Numbered from the stretch's first letter, positions 1-9,176 are shown. The stretch: 64,000 nucleotides of DNA from an uncultured Actinomycetota bacterium (GCA_963794245.1 CAWCDD010000005.1:498059-562058), one strand, 5' to 3'. The notes: generated from the letters alone by a model not told the origin. Numbers and translations: made by a program.

Positions 1-1078
1 CGCTGAGCACTTTCGACTGGAACTGGTTGGGCAATGGGAAGTATCCGTAGTCTTCCAGGTCGGCCTGTCCTGGCCCGAGGGTGGACTGCAAGAAGCCCCG
101 CACCGTCATCGCGGTCAGTGTGTCGGGATATCTCGAGCACACCAGCTCGTAGGTCGCGAGCACGATCGGGTAGGCGCCGGGTTGAGTGGGCTTGTAGAAC
201 GACGAGATGTCTAACACGATGTCGTTGCCCTGGCCGACGATCTTCGCGCCGGCGATGGTCTTGCCGACCGTGTCAGCGTTGATGGCGACAGGGTCCGGCC
301 CGGCCGAGGTCACGATTCTCGCGGCGAACAGCCGCTGCGCCTGGGCGAACGACCATTCGTTGTACGTGATCGCGCCCTCGGTGTTCTTGATCATGGCAGA
401 TGTGCCTTCGTTGCCTGGGGCGCCTTGGCCGACCCCGCCGTTGAACACCTTGCCGGTTCCCTTGCCCCACGCCCCGCCCGAGGCGGCATCGAGGTAGCGC
501 TGGAAGTTGTCGGTGGTGCCCGAGGCGTCGCTACGGAATACCACGTGGATGGGTTCGGAGGGCACTATGTCGTTGAGCGCTTTGATTGCCGGGTCGTCCC
601 ACCGTGTGATGGTGCCGTTGAAGATCTTGGCCAGCGTCGGGGCGTCGAGCGCTAGCCTGTCCACGGCGTCCAGGTTGTAGGTTATCGCCAGCGGGCCGAA
701 CACCACCGGCAGGTTCCACACATCTGAGCGGCACCGCTGCTTGGCCGTGTTGTACTCGTCTCCGGCGAGCGGAGAGTCCGAGCCGCCGAAATCGGTTTGG
801 CCTGATAGGAATTCGCTCACTCCGGCACCCGAGCCGTTGGACGTGTAGGTGACGGTCTTCCCGGTACAGGCCTTTTCGTAGGCTTTGATAAACCGGGTCA
901 TCGCATTGGCCTGCGCGGTGGAGCCACTGGCCTTCAATGTTGGTTTGCCGCCACACTCCACTACCACCGAGGTGGCGTAAGAGGGCACGGCTTTTTCTTT
1001 GGCGCATGCCGTAAGGACCAGCAACGTGACGGCCAGCAAGCTCAGTATCGTCGAAGGTTGCTTCAGTGAAATTCGCAT
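1..1078 (-). CDS. pstS: Phosphate-binding lipoprotein PstS (ABC transporter substrate-binding protein); C-terminus runs off the left edge
   Basis: Not in the ORF track because there is no stop inside the window. Hand translation of the minus strand from ATG at 1076-1078 gives [25 protein letters not shown] (lipobox LTAC), then [35 protein letters not shown]...[14 protein letters not shown]...[15 protein letters not shown]. The frame stays open to nt 2. Motifs are PstS/PBP2-type. Confidence 0.8.
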   Translation of the reverse strand, partial: MRISLKQPSTILSLLAVTLLVLTACAKEKAVPSYATSVVVECGGKPTLKASGSTAQANAMTRFIKAYEKACTGKTVTYTSNGSGAGVSEFLSGQTDFGGSDSPLAGDEYNTAKQRCRSDVWNLPVVFGPLAITYNLDAVDRLALDAPTLAKIFNGTITRWDDPAIKALNDIVPSEPIHVVFRSDASGTTDNFQRYLDAASGGAWGKGTGKVFNGGVGQGAPGNEGTSAMIKNTEGAITYNEWSFAQAQRLFAARIVTSAGPDPVAINADTVGKTIAGAKIVGQGNDIVLDISSFYKPTQPGAYPIVLATYELVCSRYPDTLTAMTVRGFLQSTLGPGQADLEDYGYFPLPNQFQSKVLS

Positions 1079-1158
1079 AATAGTTAGCCTCCGGCCGTTA
1101 GAGCGATGCGCTGTAGCTGAACAAGATTGGCGTAGTGCTGGTGTGACGGTGCGGGGTG

Positions 1159-1833
1159 CTAGTCGGGCTTTAGGGCGGGAGCCACCTGATCGATCCGGAC
1201 GGTCAGCTCATCGAGGGCCCGGTCGAAGTCGACGGCCCGGCCGGTGCGCACGGGGTCGGGGATCGACCAGTGCAGCCGCCGGCTGTCGGGGGAGAGTTCC
1301 TCGTGGGCGTTATCGCAGACCGCGATCACCACGTCGGTCGGCTTGACGACATCATCCAGATGCCGCGGGGTGTGAGGCCGCATCGCTAGCTTGCGCCGCG
1401 TCGCCGCGGCTATTGCCGATGGGTGCACCTGAGCGGCGGGATGAGTCCCGGCCGAGGTTGCCGGCAGCGAACTGCGGCGATTCCACACCGCCACGGCCAA
1501 CTGGCTGCGTGCCGAATTCTGGGTGCAGACGAACACCACCCGCTTGGCACGCCACTCTGCCGAGGGCACCAACAAACCCAGCGAGTCGGTATTCAACTGC
1601 AGATAGCTACGACGACGATCTCCCTCCGAACGAACTCGTCGCACGATGCCGGCACCCTCCAGCACCCCTAAATGGTGGGCGACCAGACTCGAGGACATCG
1701 ACAGCACGGCCTGAAGCTCCGAGGGCGATGCATCCGCAATCAGCAATCGATCGACGATCACCAGCCGACCGGGGTCGGCCAGGGCGGCGTGGATTTGGAC
1801 CCTCCGCACCTCGTCCGCAGATAGCTCAATCAT
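1159..1833 (-). CDS. ArsR-family wHTH domain fused to an LMW-PTP-type arsenate reductase (ArsR-ArsC fusion)
   Basis: 224-aa ORF. The N-half has [15 protein letters not shown]...[45 protein letters not shown], an ArsR/SmtB HTH with no Cys. The C-half has [15 protein letters not shown] (CX5R P-loop), [11 protein letters not shown] and IPDP, matching the LMW phosphatase/ArsC fold. Confidence 0.8.
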   Translation of the reverse strand: MIELSADEVRRVQIHAALADPGRLVIVDRLLIADASPSELQAVLSMSSSLVAHHLGVLEGAGIVRRVRSEGDRRRSYLQLNTDSLGLLVPSAEWRAKRVVFVCTQNSARSQLAVAVWNRRSSLPATSAGTHPAAQVHPSAIAAATRRKLAMRPHTPRHLDDVVKPTDVVIAVCDNAHEELSPDSRRLHWSIPDPVRTGRAVDFDRALDELTVRIDQVAPALKPD

Positions 1834-2033
1834 AATTAAGTCAATTAGTACTGAGCTATCGACGAAAGGTCAAGGGGCTGGCGGGACTTCATCGTCCCGT
1901 TGTTCTTTGTTCATCCGCAAGCGGTCCGAATTCACTCGCGGACAAAATGAACAGCGACGCACTGCGATCCGCCCGATCGAGCGCGACGTTGCGCCAGTCA
2001 CCGAGGTTGTCGCGCGACCCGAGACGCGCGAAA

Positions 2034-2429
2034 TCAGCTGCAGCAATTCGGGTCGAGGACCGCGCACAGGGCGGCCATGGCATCCCAGTGGGGACGGTGG
2101 TAGACGTTCATGCCGCGGCGCTCCGATTCGACAAGGCCCGCCTTGCGAAGTTGACCGAGGTGGTGACTGACGGTTGACTCGGTCAAGTTGAGAACCGTGG
2201 CGAGCTCCCGGGTGTTCTCCTCACCGGCCGATGAGCTGAAGAGAAACGACATGATCTTGACTCGCGCGGGATCTGCCAACGCCTTTAAGCGTAAAGCCAC
2301 CCGCAGGGCGTCGTCATCGCTCATGGGGCCAGCGGCCACCGGGGCGCAGCATACCGGCGCGGTGATGTCGACCAATGGCAGTGTCTTCGGCACGGACCCA
2401 TTCTGCCATAGAAGTTTGACATATATCAA
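2034..2429 (-). CDS. arsR: ArsR/SmtB-family metalloregulator with N- and C-terminal vicinal Cys pairs
   Basis: 131-aa maximal ORF. HTH: ALADPARVKIMSFLF...TRELATVLNLTESTVSHHLGQLRKAGLVESERRGMNVYH. Cys pairs PVCCAP and PNCCS. The first 12 codons overlap an operator-like repeat, so GTG at 2393 (VPKTLPLV...) is the more likely start. Confidence 0.8.
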   Translation of the reverse strand: MIYVKLLWQNGSVPKTLPLVDITAPVCCAPVAAGPMSDDDALRVALRLKALADPARVKIMSFLFSSSAGEENTRELATVLNLTESTVSHHLGQLRKAGLVESERRGMNVYHRPHWDAMAALCAVLDPNCCS

Positions 2430-2475
2430 AAAGGTGGCAGTCTGGTGAAGTCAGAGAAGTTTGATATATGTCTCA
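2411..2475 (+). promoter_or_regulatory. Divergent arsR/cadI control region with two direct copies of an operator-like 20-mer
   Basis: GAAGTTTGACATATATCAAA (2411-2430) and GAAGTTTGATATATGTCTCA (2456-2475) are 16/20 identical and 45 bp apart. They share an AT-rich dyad core TTTGAyATATrTC in GC-rich surroundings. A GGAGG SD at 2484-2488 precedes the cadI ATG at 2498. Confidence 0.55.
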
Positions 2476-2497
2476 TACCTGATGGAGGCCTGTCCCG

Positions 2498-2965
2498 ATG
2501 TCCCGCGTTCAACTTGCCCTCAACGTCGATAACCTCGATGACGCAGTCACGTTCTACTCCAAGCTCTTCAATACCGAACCCGCCAAACGGAAGCCGGGCT
2601 ACGCCAACTTCGCCGTCGCTGAGCCACCGCTCAAGCTGGTGCTGCTGGAGAATCCCGGAAAGGGCGGCACGCTCAACCACCTGGGGGTGGAAGTTCAGTC
2701 AACCGAGAAGGTGCACAACGAGATCGCCCGGTTACAAGGCGAGGGCTTGTTCACCGATGAAGAGATGGGAACGACGTGTTGCTTCGCCACCCAAGACAAG
2801 GTGTGGGTAACCGGCCCTGCCGGAGAGAAGTGGGAGGTCTACACCGTGCTGGCCGACTCCGACACCTTCGGCACTAGCCCACAGCACCCGGACCTGGATG
2901 CCGAAGGCGGCAGTTGTTGTGGCGCAACGGTCACCGAGTCGCAGGAAGCCGCGGCGAGCACGTAG
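2498..2965 (+). CDS. cadI: Glyoxalase/VOC-family CadI/ArsI-like protein (cadmium-induced protein / C-As lyase family)
   Basis: 155-aa ORF starting MSRVQLALNVDNLDDAVTFYSKLF, close to my memory of Mtb CadI (Rv2641). It has the vicinal Cys pair in GTTCCFATQDKVWV typical of ArsI, and a second CC near the C-terminus (GGSCCGA). Confidence 0.8.
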   Translation: MSRVQLALNVDNLDDAVTFYSKLFNTEPAKRKPGYANFAVAEPPLKLVLLENPGKGGTLNHLGVEVQSTEKVHNEIARLQGEGLFTDEEMGTTCCFATQDKVWVTGPAGEKWEVYTVLADSDTFGTSPQHPDLDAEGGSCCGATVTESQEAAAST

Positions 2966-2987
2966 TGCTGCTGAGCAGGACAGCCGG

Positions 2988-3021
2988 GATCGGCGGGCAC
3001 TTCCTCACGGGCCCGCCGATC
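2988..3021 (+). terminator. Stem-loop downstream of cadI (intrinsic-terminator-like, no U tract)
   Basis: GATCGGCGGGC (2988-2998), 12-nt loop, GCCCGCCGATC (3011-3021): a perfect 11-bp GC-rich stem 23 nt after the cadI stop. Confidence 0.5.
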
Positions 3022-3107
3022 TTGAGCTCATCACGAGATCGCGTTGCCGGCCAAGCATGAAGCCGATGTTTCGCCGATGGCGCGATTGCAGATGGATTCG
3101 ATATGAG

Positions 3108-3128
3108 TCAATATTGATGTATGTCAAA
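3108..3128. promoter_or_regulatory. Operator-like site overlapping the arsR start codon
   Basis: Perfect palindrome TCAATATTGA (3108-3117). On the minus strand, TTTGACATACATCAA (3114-3128) is 14/15 identical to TTTGACATATATCAA at 2415-2429. Confidence 0.5.
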
Positions 3129-3501
3129 GTCAGGCTACTCGGCGGCGGTACCGCACTGCCAGATCAAGCCGCTGGTGCGCGCACCGTTGTCTACACAGAC
3201 GGCCCTGGAGATAGCGGCGATGTTCAAAGCGCTATCGGACCCGGTGCGGTTACGCCTGTTTAGCTCCATAGCCAGCCACGCTGGCGGGGAGGCGTGCGTC
3301 TGCGAGATCTCGCAGGGCGTCGACCTGACGCAACCCACCATCTCCCATCACCTGAAGGTGTTGCGCGAGGCCGGGTTATTGAGATCTCAACGTCGCGCCT
3401 CGTGGGTGTATTACGCGGTTGTCCCGGAGGCGCTGAAAACCTTGTCGGCACTGCTGAGCGCCGACGCCGACACTGCACCATCTGCGGAGGTATACGCATG
3501 A
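3121..3501 (+). CDS. arsR: ArsR-family arsenite-responsive repressor (canonical CVC site)
   Basis: 126-aa ORF with FKALSDPVRLRLFSSIA, GGEACVCEISQGVDLTQPTISHHLKVLREAGLL and WVYY. Its stop overlaps the acr3 ATG (ATGA at 3498-3501). Confidence 0.9.
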   Translation: MSKSGYSAAVPHCQIKPLVRAPLSTQTALEIAAMFKALSDPVRLRLFSSIASHAGGEACVCEISQGVDLTQPTISHHLKVLREAGLLRSQRRASWVYYAVVPEALKTLSALLSADADTAPSAEVYA

Positions 3502-4610
3502 CCGACACCGTTGTCCCCGACGCCGCCCCCGCGGTGGTAGGCAAGCTGTCCAACCTCGACCGGTTCCTACCGGTATGGATCGGGCTGGCTATGGCGGCGG
3601 GCCTGCTGTTGGGCCGCTGGGTGCCCGGGGTGAACAACGTGATCCAGAAATTTCAAATCGACGGCATCTCCCTTCCGATCGCGCTCGGGCTGCTCATCAT
3701 GATGTATCCGGTGCTGGCGAAGGTCCGCTACGACCGGCTCGACACGGTAACGGCTGACCGCAAACTCCTGGTCAGCTCGCTGCTGCTGAACTGGCTGCTC
3801 GGGCCGGCGTTGATGTTCGCGTTCGCCTGGCTGCTACTGCCGGACCTTCCCGAGTACCGCACCGGCCTGATTATCGTCGGGTTGGCCCGCTGCATCGCCA
3901 TGGTGATCATCTGGAATGACCTTGCCTGCGGCGATACGGAAGCCGCAGCCGTGCTGGTGGCCCTGAACTCGATCTTTCAAGTCGTGATGTTTGCTGTGCT
4001 GGGCTGGTTCTATCTTTCGATACTTCCGGGCTGGCTCGGGCTGCCACAAACAACGATCACCACCTCGCCGTGGCAGATCGCCAAGGCGGTGATCATCTTC
4101 CTCGGTATACCGCTACTGGCCGGCTACCTGTCCCGACGGTTCGGGGAACGAGCCAAGGGTCGCGACTGGTACGAGCAGACCTTCCTGCCCTGGGTCGGGC
4201 CCTGGGCGTTGTACGGGCTGCTTTTCACCATCGTCATTCTCTTTGCACTGCAAGGAAATCAGATCACCAGCCGACCCTTGGACGTGGCGCGGATCGCTCT
4301 TCCGCTGCTCGCTTACTTCGCGGTCATGTGGGGCGGAGGCTACTTGCTAGGCGCCGTCCTGCATCTGGGCTACCCACGGACCACCACCCTGGCCTTCACC
4401 GCGGCCGGCAACAACTTTGAGCTCGCCATCGCCGTTGCCATCGCCACCTACGGCGCCACCTCCGGGCAGGCACTCGCCGGCGTAGTCGGTCCCCTCATCG
4501 AGGTACCCGTCCTGGTTGCGCTGGTCTACGTCTCGCTGGCACTGCGACGTCGGTTCGGCCCGCGCCACATCACCGCCCCCGCAGGCTCGCTCGCGCAGAA
4601 GCGTGCGTGA
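3498..4610 (+). CDS. acr3: Arsenite efflux permease, ACR3 family
   Basis: The ORF track gives 3294..4610. The internal ATG at 3498 (MTDTVVPDAAPAVVGKLSNLDRFLPVWIG...) removes the overlap with arsR and gives about 370 aa and about 10 TM segments. The conserved GLARCIAMVIIWN Cys motif is present. Confidence 0.9.
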   Translation: MTDTVVPDAAPAVVGKLSNLDRFLPVWIGLAMAAGLLLGRWVPGVNNVIQKFQIDGISLPIALGLLIMMYPVLAKVRYDRLDTVTADRKLLVSSLLLNWLLGPALMFAFAWLLLPDLPEYRTGLIIVGLARCIAMVIIWNDLACGDTEAAAVLVALNSIFQVVMFAVLGWFYLSILPGWLGLPQTTITTSPWQIAKAVIIFLGIPLLAGYLSRRFGERAKGRDWYEQTFLPWVGPWALYGLLFTIVILFALQGNQITSRPLDVARIALPLLAYFAVMWGGGYLLGAVLHLGYPRTTTLAFTAAGNNFELAIAVAIATYGATSGQALAGVVGPLIEVPVLVALVYVSLALRRRFGPRHITAPAGSLAQKRA

Positions 4611-4687
4611 CCGTCGACGACACAGGACTTCCATTGCGACCTGCGCTTTAACCCAGCACCGAATCATCCAGACCTAGGACCAGAGCG

Positions 4688-5092
4688 ATGAGCAAAATTG
4701 AGGTTTTCGAACCCGCGTTGTGTTGCGCCACCGGCGTGTGCGGTGCAGATGTCGACCAAGGCCTGGTGACGTTTTCCGCCGACTTGGATTTCGTCCGCAG
4801 CCGCGGTGGCGACGTTTCCCGCTACAACCTGGCGAGCGAACCGCTTGCGTTCGCCACTAATGACGCCGTGCGGGCGTTCCTGCAGATTGTTGGCTCCGAC
4901 GGACTGCCGCTGGTCCTCGTGGATGGGGTCACCGCCATGACTGGGCGCTACCCTGACCGTGCCCAGCTCGTTGCGTGGAGTGGGGCCGAGACGCCGGTAT
5001 CCACGGGACCGGTGATGCTTCCCATCACCGAAACGGGCTCGCCTGGCACTGGTTGCTGCAGCGGCAACGACTCAGACACGACGTGCTGCTGA
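4688..5092 (+). CDS. arsD: Arsenic metallochaperone/weak repressor ArsD
   Basis: 134-aa ORF: MSKIEVFEPALCCATGVCG (Cys12-Cys13-Cys18 triad), thioredoxin-like fold, C-terminal CC pairs (GTGCCSGNDSDTTCC). Confidence 0.9.
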   Translation: MSKIEVFEPALCCATGVCGADVDQGLVTFSADLDFVRSRGGDVSRYNLASEPLAFATNDAVRAFLQIVGSDGLPLVLVDGVTAMTGRYPDRAQLVAWSGAETPVSTGPVMLPITETGSPGTGCCSGNDSDTTCC

Positions 5093-5093
5093 C

Positions 5094-6863
5094 ATGAAGT
5101 TTCTGGACAGTCCCCCACGGTTTCTGTTCTTCACCGGTAAGGGCGGGGTAGGCAAAACCTCCATCGCGTGCGCTGCTGCAATCACCTTGGCCGCCGAGGG
5201 CAGCAAGGTCCTGCTGGTCAGCACCGACCCGGCCTCGAATGTGGGGCAGGTCTTTGGATTGAGCATCGGCAACACCATCACCGCGATCCCGTCCGCCGCA
5301 GGGCTCTCGGCGTTGGAGATCGACCCCGAACAGGCCGCCGACGCGTACCGCGAACGCATCATCGGCCCGGTCCGCGGGCTGCTGCCTGAGGCGGAGGTGG
5401 CCTCGATCACCGAACAACTCTCCGGCTCGTGCACTACCGAGATCGCTTCCTTCAACGAATTCACCGAACTGCTCACCGATTCCGACGGCCAAATCGGCCG
5501 GTTCGACCACGTGTTGTTCGACACGGCACCGACCGGGCATACCATCCGGCTGCTGCAATTGCCCGGCTCGTGGACCGACTTCCTCAACGACGGCAAGGGC
5601 GACGCGTCCTGCCTGGGGCCGCTAGCCGGCCTGGACAAACACCGCACCGTCTACGCCGCTGCGGTGGCCGCGTTGGCTGATCCGCAGCGCACCCGCCTCG
5701 TGCTGGTGGCCCGCGCCCAGAAATCCACACTCGCGGAAATCACCCGCACCCACCGTGAACTCGCCACTATCGGACTGAGGCGTCAATACGTCGTCATCAA
5801 CGGAGTGCTGCCCGCCCCCACCGAGGACGGCGACCCGCTCGCCACGGCGATCTACCATCGCGAGCAGCAGGCGATCGCATCCCTGCCCGACGAACTGCGT
5901 TCTCTACCAATCGATCAGGTTGGACTCAAGCCCACCAACATCGTCGGCGTGGACGCATTGGCGACATTGTTTACTCCGAATGCGGACATAGGCGACCGGC
6001 CAAATGAACCATCCCTCGGCATCGTCGACGCCCCGTTGGCGACCCTGATCGACGAACTCGTCGCCGCCGAGCACGGATTGATCATGTGTATGGGCAAGGG
6101 CGGGGTCGGCAAGACAACCATCGCCGCCGCGATTGCGGTGGCGCTCGCCGACCGCGGCCACCACGTGCACCTCACCACCACCGACCCGGCCGGGCACCTC
6201 ACCGACACACTGCACGGAACACTGGACAACCTGCAGGTGTCGGGCATCGACCCTATCGAGGCGACTCGCCTCTACCGCGACCACATACTGGCTACCAAGG
6301 GTGCCGCACTCGACGAACAGGGCCGAGCGACACTTGCCGAAGACTTACGCTCCCCGTGCACCGAGGAGGTCGCGGTGTTCCAGGCGTTCTCCCGCGTCAT
6401 CAGCGAATCACAGCACAAGTTCGTGGTCGTCGACACTGCACCGACCGGACACACGCTGCTGCTACTCGACACAACCGGCTCCTACCACCGCGAAATCGCC
6501 CGGCAACTGGGCAACCGGCACTTCACGACTCCGCTGATGAGGTTGCAGAACCCGCAGCAAACCAAAGTCATCATCGTCACTCTCGCCGAAACCACCCCGG
6601 TCCTCGAAGCCGCGGGGCTCGAGAGCGAACTCGAACGCGCCGATATCCACCCCTGGGCCTGGATCGTCAACAACTCGCTCGCGGCCGCAAACCCTACGGC
6701 ACCTCTGCTCCGCCAGCGGGCACTCGCGGAGCTGCCGGAGATCGACAAGGTGAGAAACCATTACGCAGATCGGGTTGCCATAGTGCCACTGCTTGCGGCC
6801 GAACCAGTTGGCATTCCAGCTTTGGAAGCACTCACTGAGCCGCGAGCTGCGATGACCCGCTGA
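5094..6863 (+). CDS. arsA: Arsenite-stimulated ATPase ArsA (two-domain A1-A2)
   Basis: 589-aa ORF. Two P-loops, GKGGVGKTS and GKGGVGKTT. Two DTAPTGHT signal-transduction motifs. Metalloid-site Cys in SGSCTTEIASFNEF, GDASCLGPLAGL and RSPCTEEVAVFQAF. Confidence 0.95.
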   Translation: MKFLDSPPRFLFFTGKGGVGKTSIACAAAITLAAEGSKVLLVSTDPASNVGQVFGLSIGNTITAIPSAAGLSALEIDPEQAADAYRERIIGPVRGLLPEAEVASITEQLSGSCTTEIASFNEFTELLTDSDGQIGRFDHVLFDTAPTGHTIRLLQLPGSWTDFLNDGKGDASCLGPLAGLDKHRTVYAAAVAALADPQRTRLVLVARAQKSTLAEITRTHRELATIGLRRQYVVINGVLPAPTEDGDPLATAIYHREQQAIASLPDELRSLPIDQVGLKPTNIVGVDALATLFTPNADIGDRPNEPSLGIVDAPLATLIDELVAAEHGLIMCMGKGGVGKTTIAAAIAVALADRGHHVHLTTTDPAGHLTDTLHGTLDNLQVSGIDPIEATRLYRDHILATKGAALDEQGRATLAEDLRSPCTEEVAVFQAFSRVISESQHKFVVVDTAPTGHTLLLLDTTGSYHREIARQLGNRHFTTPLMRLQNPQQTKVIIVTLAETTPVLEAAGLESELERADIHPWAWIVNNSLAAANPTAPLLRQRALAELPEIDKVRNHYADRVAIVPLLAAEPVGIPALEALTEPRAAMTR

Positions 6864-6947
6864 CCAACGCCGAGATCGACGTTGTCGTCGGCGGACCGAT
6901 AAGAGGTGCCGGCGGTTCGAACTGCCCGCAAGGCTCGGCCGGTAGTT

Positions 6948-7037
6948 TGGCGGTGGCGGAGGGATTTGAACCCTCGGACGGTTTTAGCCGTCACACGCTT
7001 TCGAGGCGTGCTCCTTAGGCCGCTCGGACACGCCACC
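6948..7037 (-). tRNA. tRNA-Ser (anticodon CGA), CCA encoded
   Basis: Reverse complement: GGTGGCG-TG-TCCGAGCGGCCTAAGGAGC, anticodon arm CACGC-CTCGAAA-GCGTG, long variable arm, T arm GAGGG-TTCAAAT-CCCTC, CGCCACC-G-CCA. The 3' end faces the ars cluster. Confidence 0.9.
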
Positions 7038-7066
7038 GCCGAGCAGCTTACCCAAACAGTCGCCGC

Positions 7067-7582
7067 TCACCCCAATCGCTGGCGAGCGAAGAACTCCTCC
7101 AGCGGCACGGCGCACTCCTGGGCGAGCACACCGCCGCGGACCTCCGGTCGGTGATTGAGCCGGCGGTCGCGGACCACGTCCCACAGCGATCCGACGGCTC
7201 CGGTCTTGGGTTCCCACGCACCGAACACCAGCCGCGCGACGCGCGCCAGGACCAGGGCGCCCGCGCACATCGTGCAGGGTTCGACGGTGACGGCCAACGT
7301 GGCTCCCTCCAGCCGCCACCCGTCGCCGAGCACCGTGGCCGCCGCGCGCATCGCTACGACTTCCGCGTGCGCGGTCGGATCACCAAGGGCCTCACGGGCA
7401 TTCGCCGCCCGCGCAAGTTCGGTTCCGTCGGCAGCGACGACCACCGCGCCGATCGGCACATCGCGGGGGCCCGCCGTCGCGGCGGCCTCCAGCGCGGCCC
7501 GGATCAGCTCTTCGTCGGTCCTCACCGATCCAGTCTGACGGCGGCGACCCGCCGCGCCCGGCTTCGCCGCGCTTGCGATCAC
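7067..7582 (-). CDS. tadA: tRNA adenosine(34) deaminase TadA (Rv3752c-like)
   Basis: Contains HAEVVAMR and TVEPCTMCAGAL, the CDA zinc motifs H(A)E and PCxxC. The maximal ORF is 171 aa. GTG at 7525 (VRTDEELIRAAL) would give 152 aa, as in Mtb. Confidence 0.85.
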   Translation of the reverse strand: MIASAAKPGAAGRRRQTGSVRTDEELIRAALEAAATAGPRDVPIGAVVVAADGTELARAANAREALGDPTAHAEVVAMRAAATVLGDGWRLEGATLAVTVEPCTMCAGALVLARVARLVFGAWEPKTGAVGSLWDVVRDRRLNHRPEVRGGVLAQECAVPLEEFFARQRLG

Positions 7583-8100
7583 CGACCGAGGCGGTCGATC
7601 ACCGCCGACAGCTGGTCGGCGAAGCCCATCTCGCGGGCGATGCGGCCCAATTGCTCGTCGGCGTAGAGGTCGGACTCATCGAGGATGACGCCCAGCACCG
7701 CCTCGGGCAGCCCGATGTCGGACAGCAACCCGAGGTCGCCTTCTTCGAACGGATCCGCTTCCTCCAGGTCCTCGGGATCGATGTCGGCGTCCAGGTTGTC
7801 CAGAACTTCGGCGGCGATGTCGTAGTCCAGTGCCGCCGTCGCATCCGAGAGCAGCAGCCGGGTTCCCGACGGTGCGGGACGCACGATGACGAAGAATTCG
7901 TCGTCGATGTCGAGGAGCCCAAAGACCGCTCCCGCACTACGCAGTTCACGCAATTCTGTCTCGGCGGCAGCCAGGCTCGTCAGCGATTTGGGGGCCATCA
8001 CAGAGCAACGCCATTGGCCCTCTTCGCGAACGACGGCGACGCCGAAGCCGTCCGGTGTGTCCACGGACGGGCCTTGCGTTGCGGCCCGCTCTCGTCCCAT
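7579..8100 (-). CDS. Conserved acidic protein, Rv3753c-like (tRNA adenosine deaminase-associated protein family)
   Basis: 173-aa ORF. Its stop overlaps the maximal tadA ORF, the C-half is acidic (DADIDPEDLEEADPFEEGDLG), and its syntenic position is between tadA and tyrA. Confidence 0.65.
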   Translation of the reverse strand: MGRERAATQGPSVDTPDGFGVAVVREEGQWRCSVMAPKSLTSLAAAETELRELRSAGAVFGLLDIDDEFFVIVRPAPSGTRLLLSDATAALDYDIAAEVLDNLDADIDPEDLEEADPFEEGDLGLLSDIGLPEAVLGVILDESDLYADEQLGRIAREMGFADQLSAVIDRLGR

Positions 8101-8204
8101 GGGCGCCTACGCTAGTCGCTGACCAGGCCGCTTGACCAGAAGGCGCAAACCAGCGAGGGGACCTGGACACACCGTCATCCGCCCAACTGTGCCAATCTTG
8201 GACT

Positions 8205-9176
8205 GTGGCTGGGACTGCGACGAGGACCCCGGTGTGCGTGCTCGGGTTGGGACTTATCGGCGGATCGATAATGCGGGCGGCCTCGGCTGCCGGCCGTGAG
8301 GTGTTCGGCTACAACCGCTCGGTGGAGGGCGCGCACGGAGCGCTCGCCGACGGCTTTGACGCCACTACCGAGCTCAATGACACACTGACCCGCGCCGCCG
8401 ACACCGGCGCGTTGATCGTGCTGGCCGTACCGATGCCGGCCCTGCCGGCGATGCTCGCCCACGTCAGCGAACTGGCCCCGAAGTGCCCGCTCACCGACGT
8501 CACCAGCGTCAAGACGGCGGTGCTCGACGAGGTCGTCGCGGCCGGTCTGCGGGACCGCTTTGTCGGCGGTCACCCGATGACCGGCACCGAAAGCTCGGGT
8601 TGGGCGGCCGGGCACGCCGGATTGTTCACGGCGGCTCCATGGGTGATCAGCGTCGACGACCACGTGGACCCGGTGGTGTGGTGGATGGTGATGACGTTGG
8701 CGCTGGATTGCGGCGCGCTGGTGGTGCCGGCCAAATCCGACGAGCACGACGCTGCCGCGGCTGCCATCTCACATCTGCCGCACCTGCTCGCCGAGGCCCT
8801 CGCGGTGACGGCCGCCGAGATCCCGCTGGCCTTCGCGCTGGCCGCGGGCTCTTTCCGCGACGCCACCCGGGTGGCCGGCAGCGCCCCGGAGCTGGTGCGC
8901 GCGATGTGCGAAAGCAACTCGGTTCATCTGCTGCAGGCAGTCGACCGCATGATCGACCTGCTGAGTCGCGCCCGCGACTCGCTGGACTGGGACAACTCGG
9001 TGGCCGAGCTCGTCGAGGCGGGTCACGCCGCGCGAACGCGTTACGACAACTTCCCGCGCTCCGACATCTTCGCCGTCGTGATCGGCGCGCCGAACTGGCG
9101 CGACGAACTGGCCGCTGGCGGCAGGGCGGGCCAGGTGATCAGATCCGCTCTGCCAATCCGGGATAGTCCACGATGA
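8205..9176 (+). CDS. tyrA: Prephenate dehydrogenase
   Basis: 323-aa ORF with N-terminal Rossmann motif [19 protein letters not shown], and a dimerisation domain containing SHLPHLLA. Syntenic with Rv3754. Confidence 0.85.
   Translation: MAGTATRTPVCVLGLGLIGGSIMRAASAAGREVFGYNRSVEGAHGALADGFDATTELNDTLTRAADTGALIVLAVPMPALPAMLAHVSELAPKCPLTDVTSVKTAVLDEVVAAGLRDRFVGGHPMTGTESSGWAAGHAGLFTAAPWVISVDDHVDPVVWWMVMTLALDCGALVVPAKSDEHDAAAAAISHLPHLLAEALAVTAAEIPLAFALAAGSFRDATRVAGSAPELVRAMCESNSVHLLQAVDRMIDLLSRARDSLDWDNSVAELVEAGHAARTRYDNFPRSDIFAVVIGAPNWRDELAAGGRAGQVIRSALPIRDSPR

Noticed and set aside
1834-2033. 200-bp spacer between the arsR-arsC fusion and the CC-type arsR, with a stretch of residual high-GC3 reading frame (…NLGDWRNVALDRADRSASLFILSASEFGPLADE)
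   Set aside because: There is no start codon and no recognisable domain, and the coding signal fades after about 30 codons. It could be a relic, but I cannot support a feature.
6864-6947. GGTTCGAA T-loop-like string between arsA and tRNA-Ser as an att remnant or tRNA fragment
   Set aside because: There is no flanking stem complementarity and no match to the tRNA-Ser 3' end, so it is probably chance.
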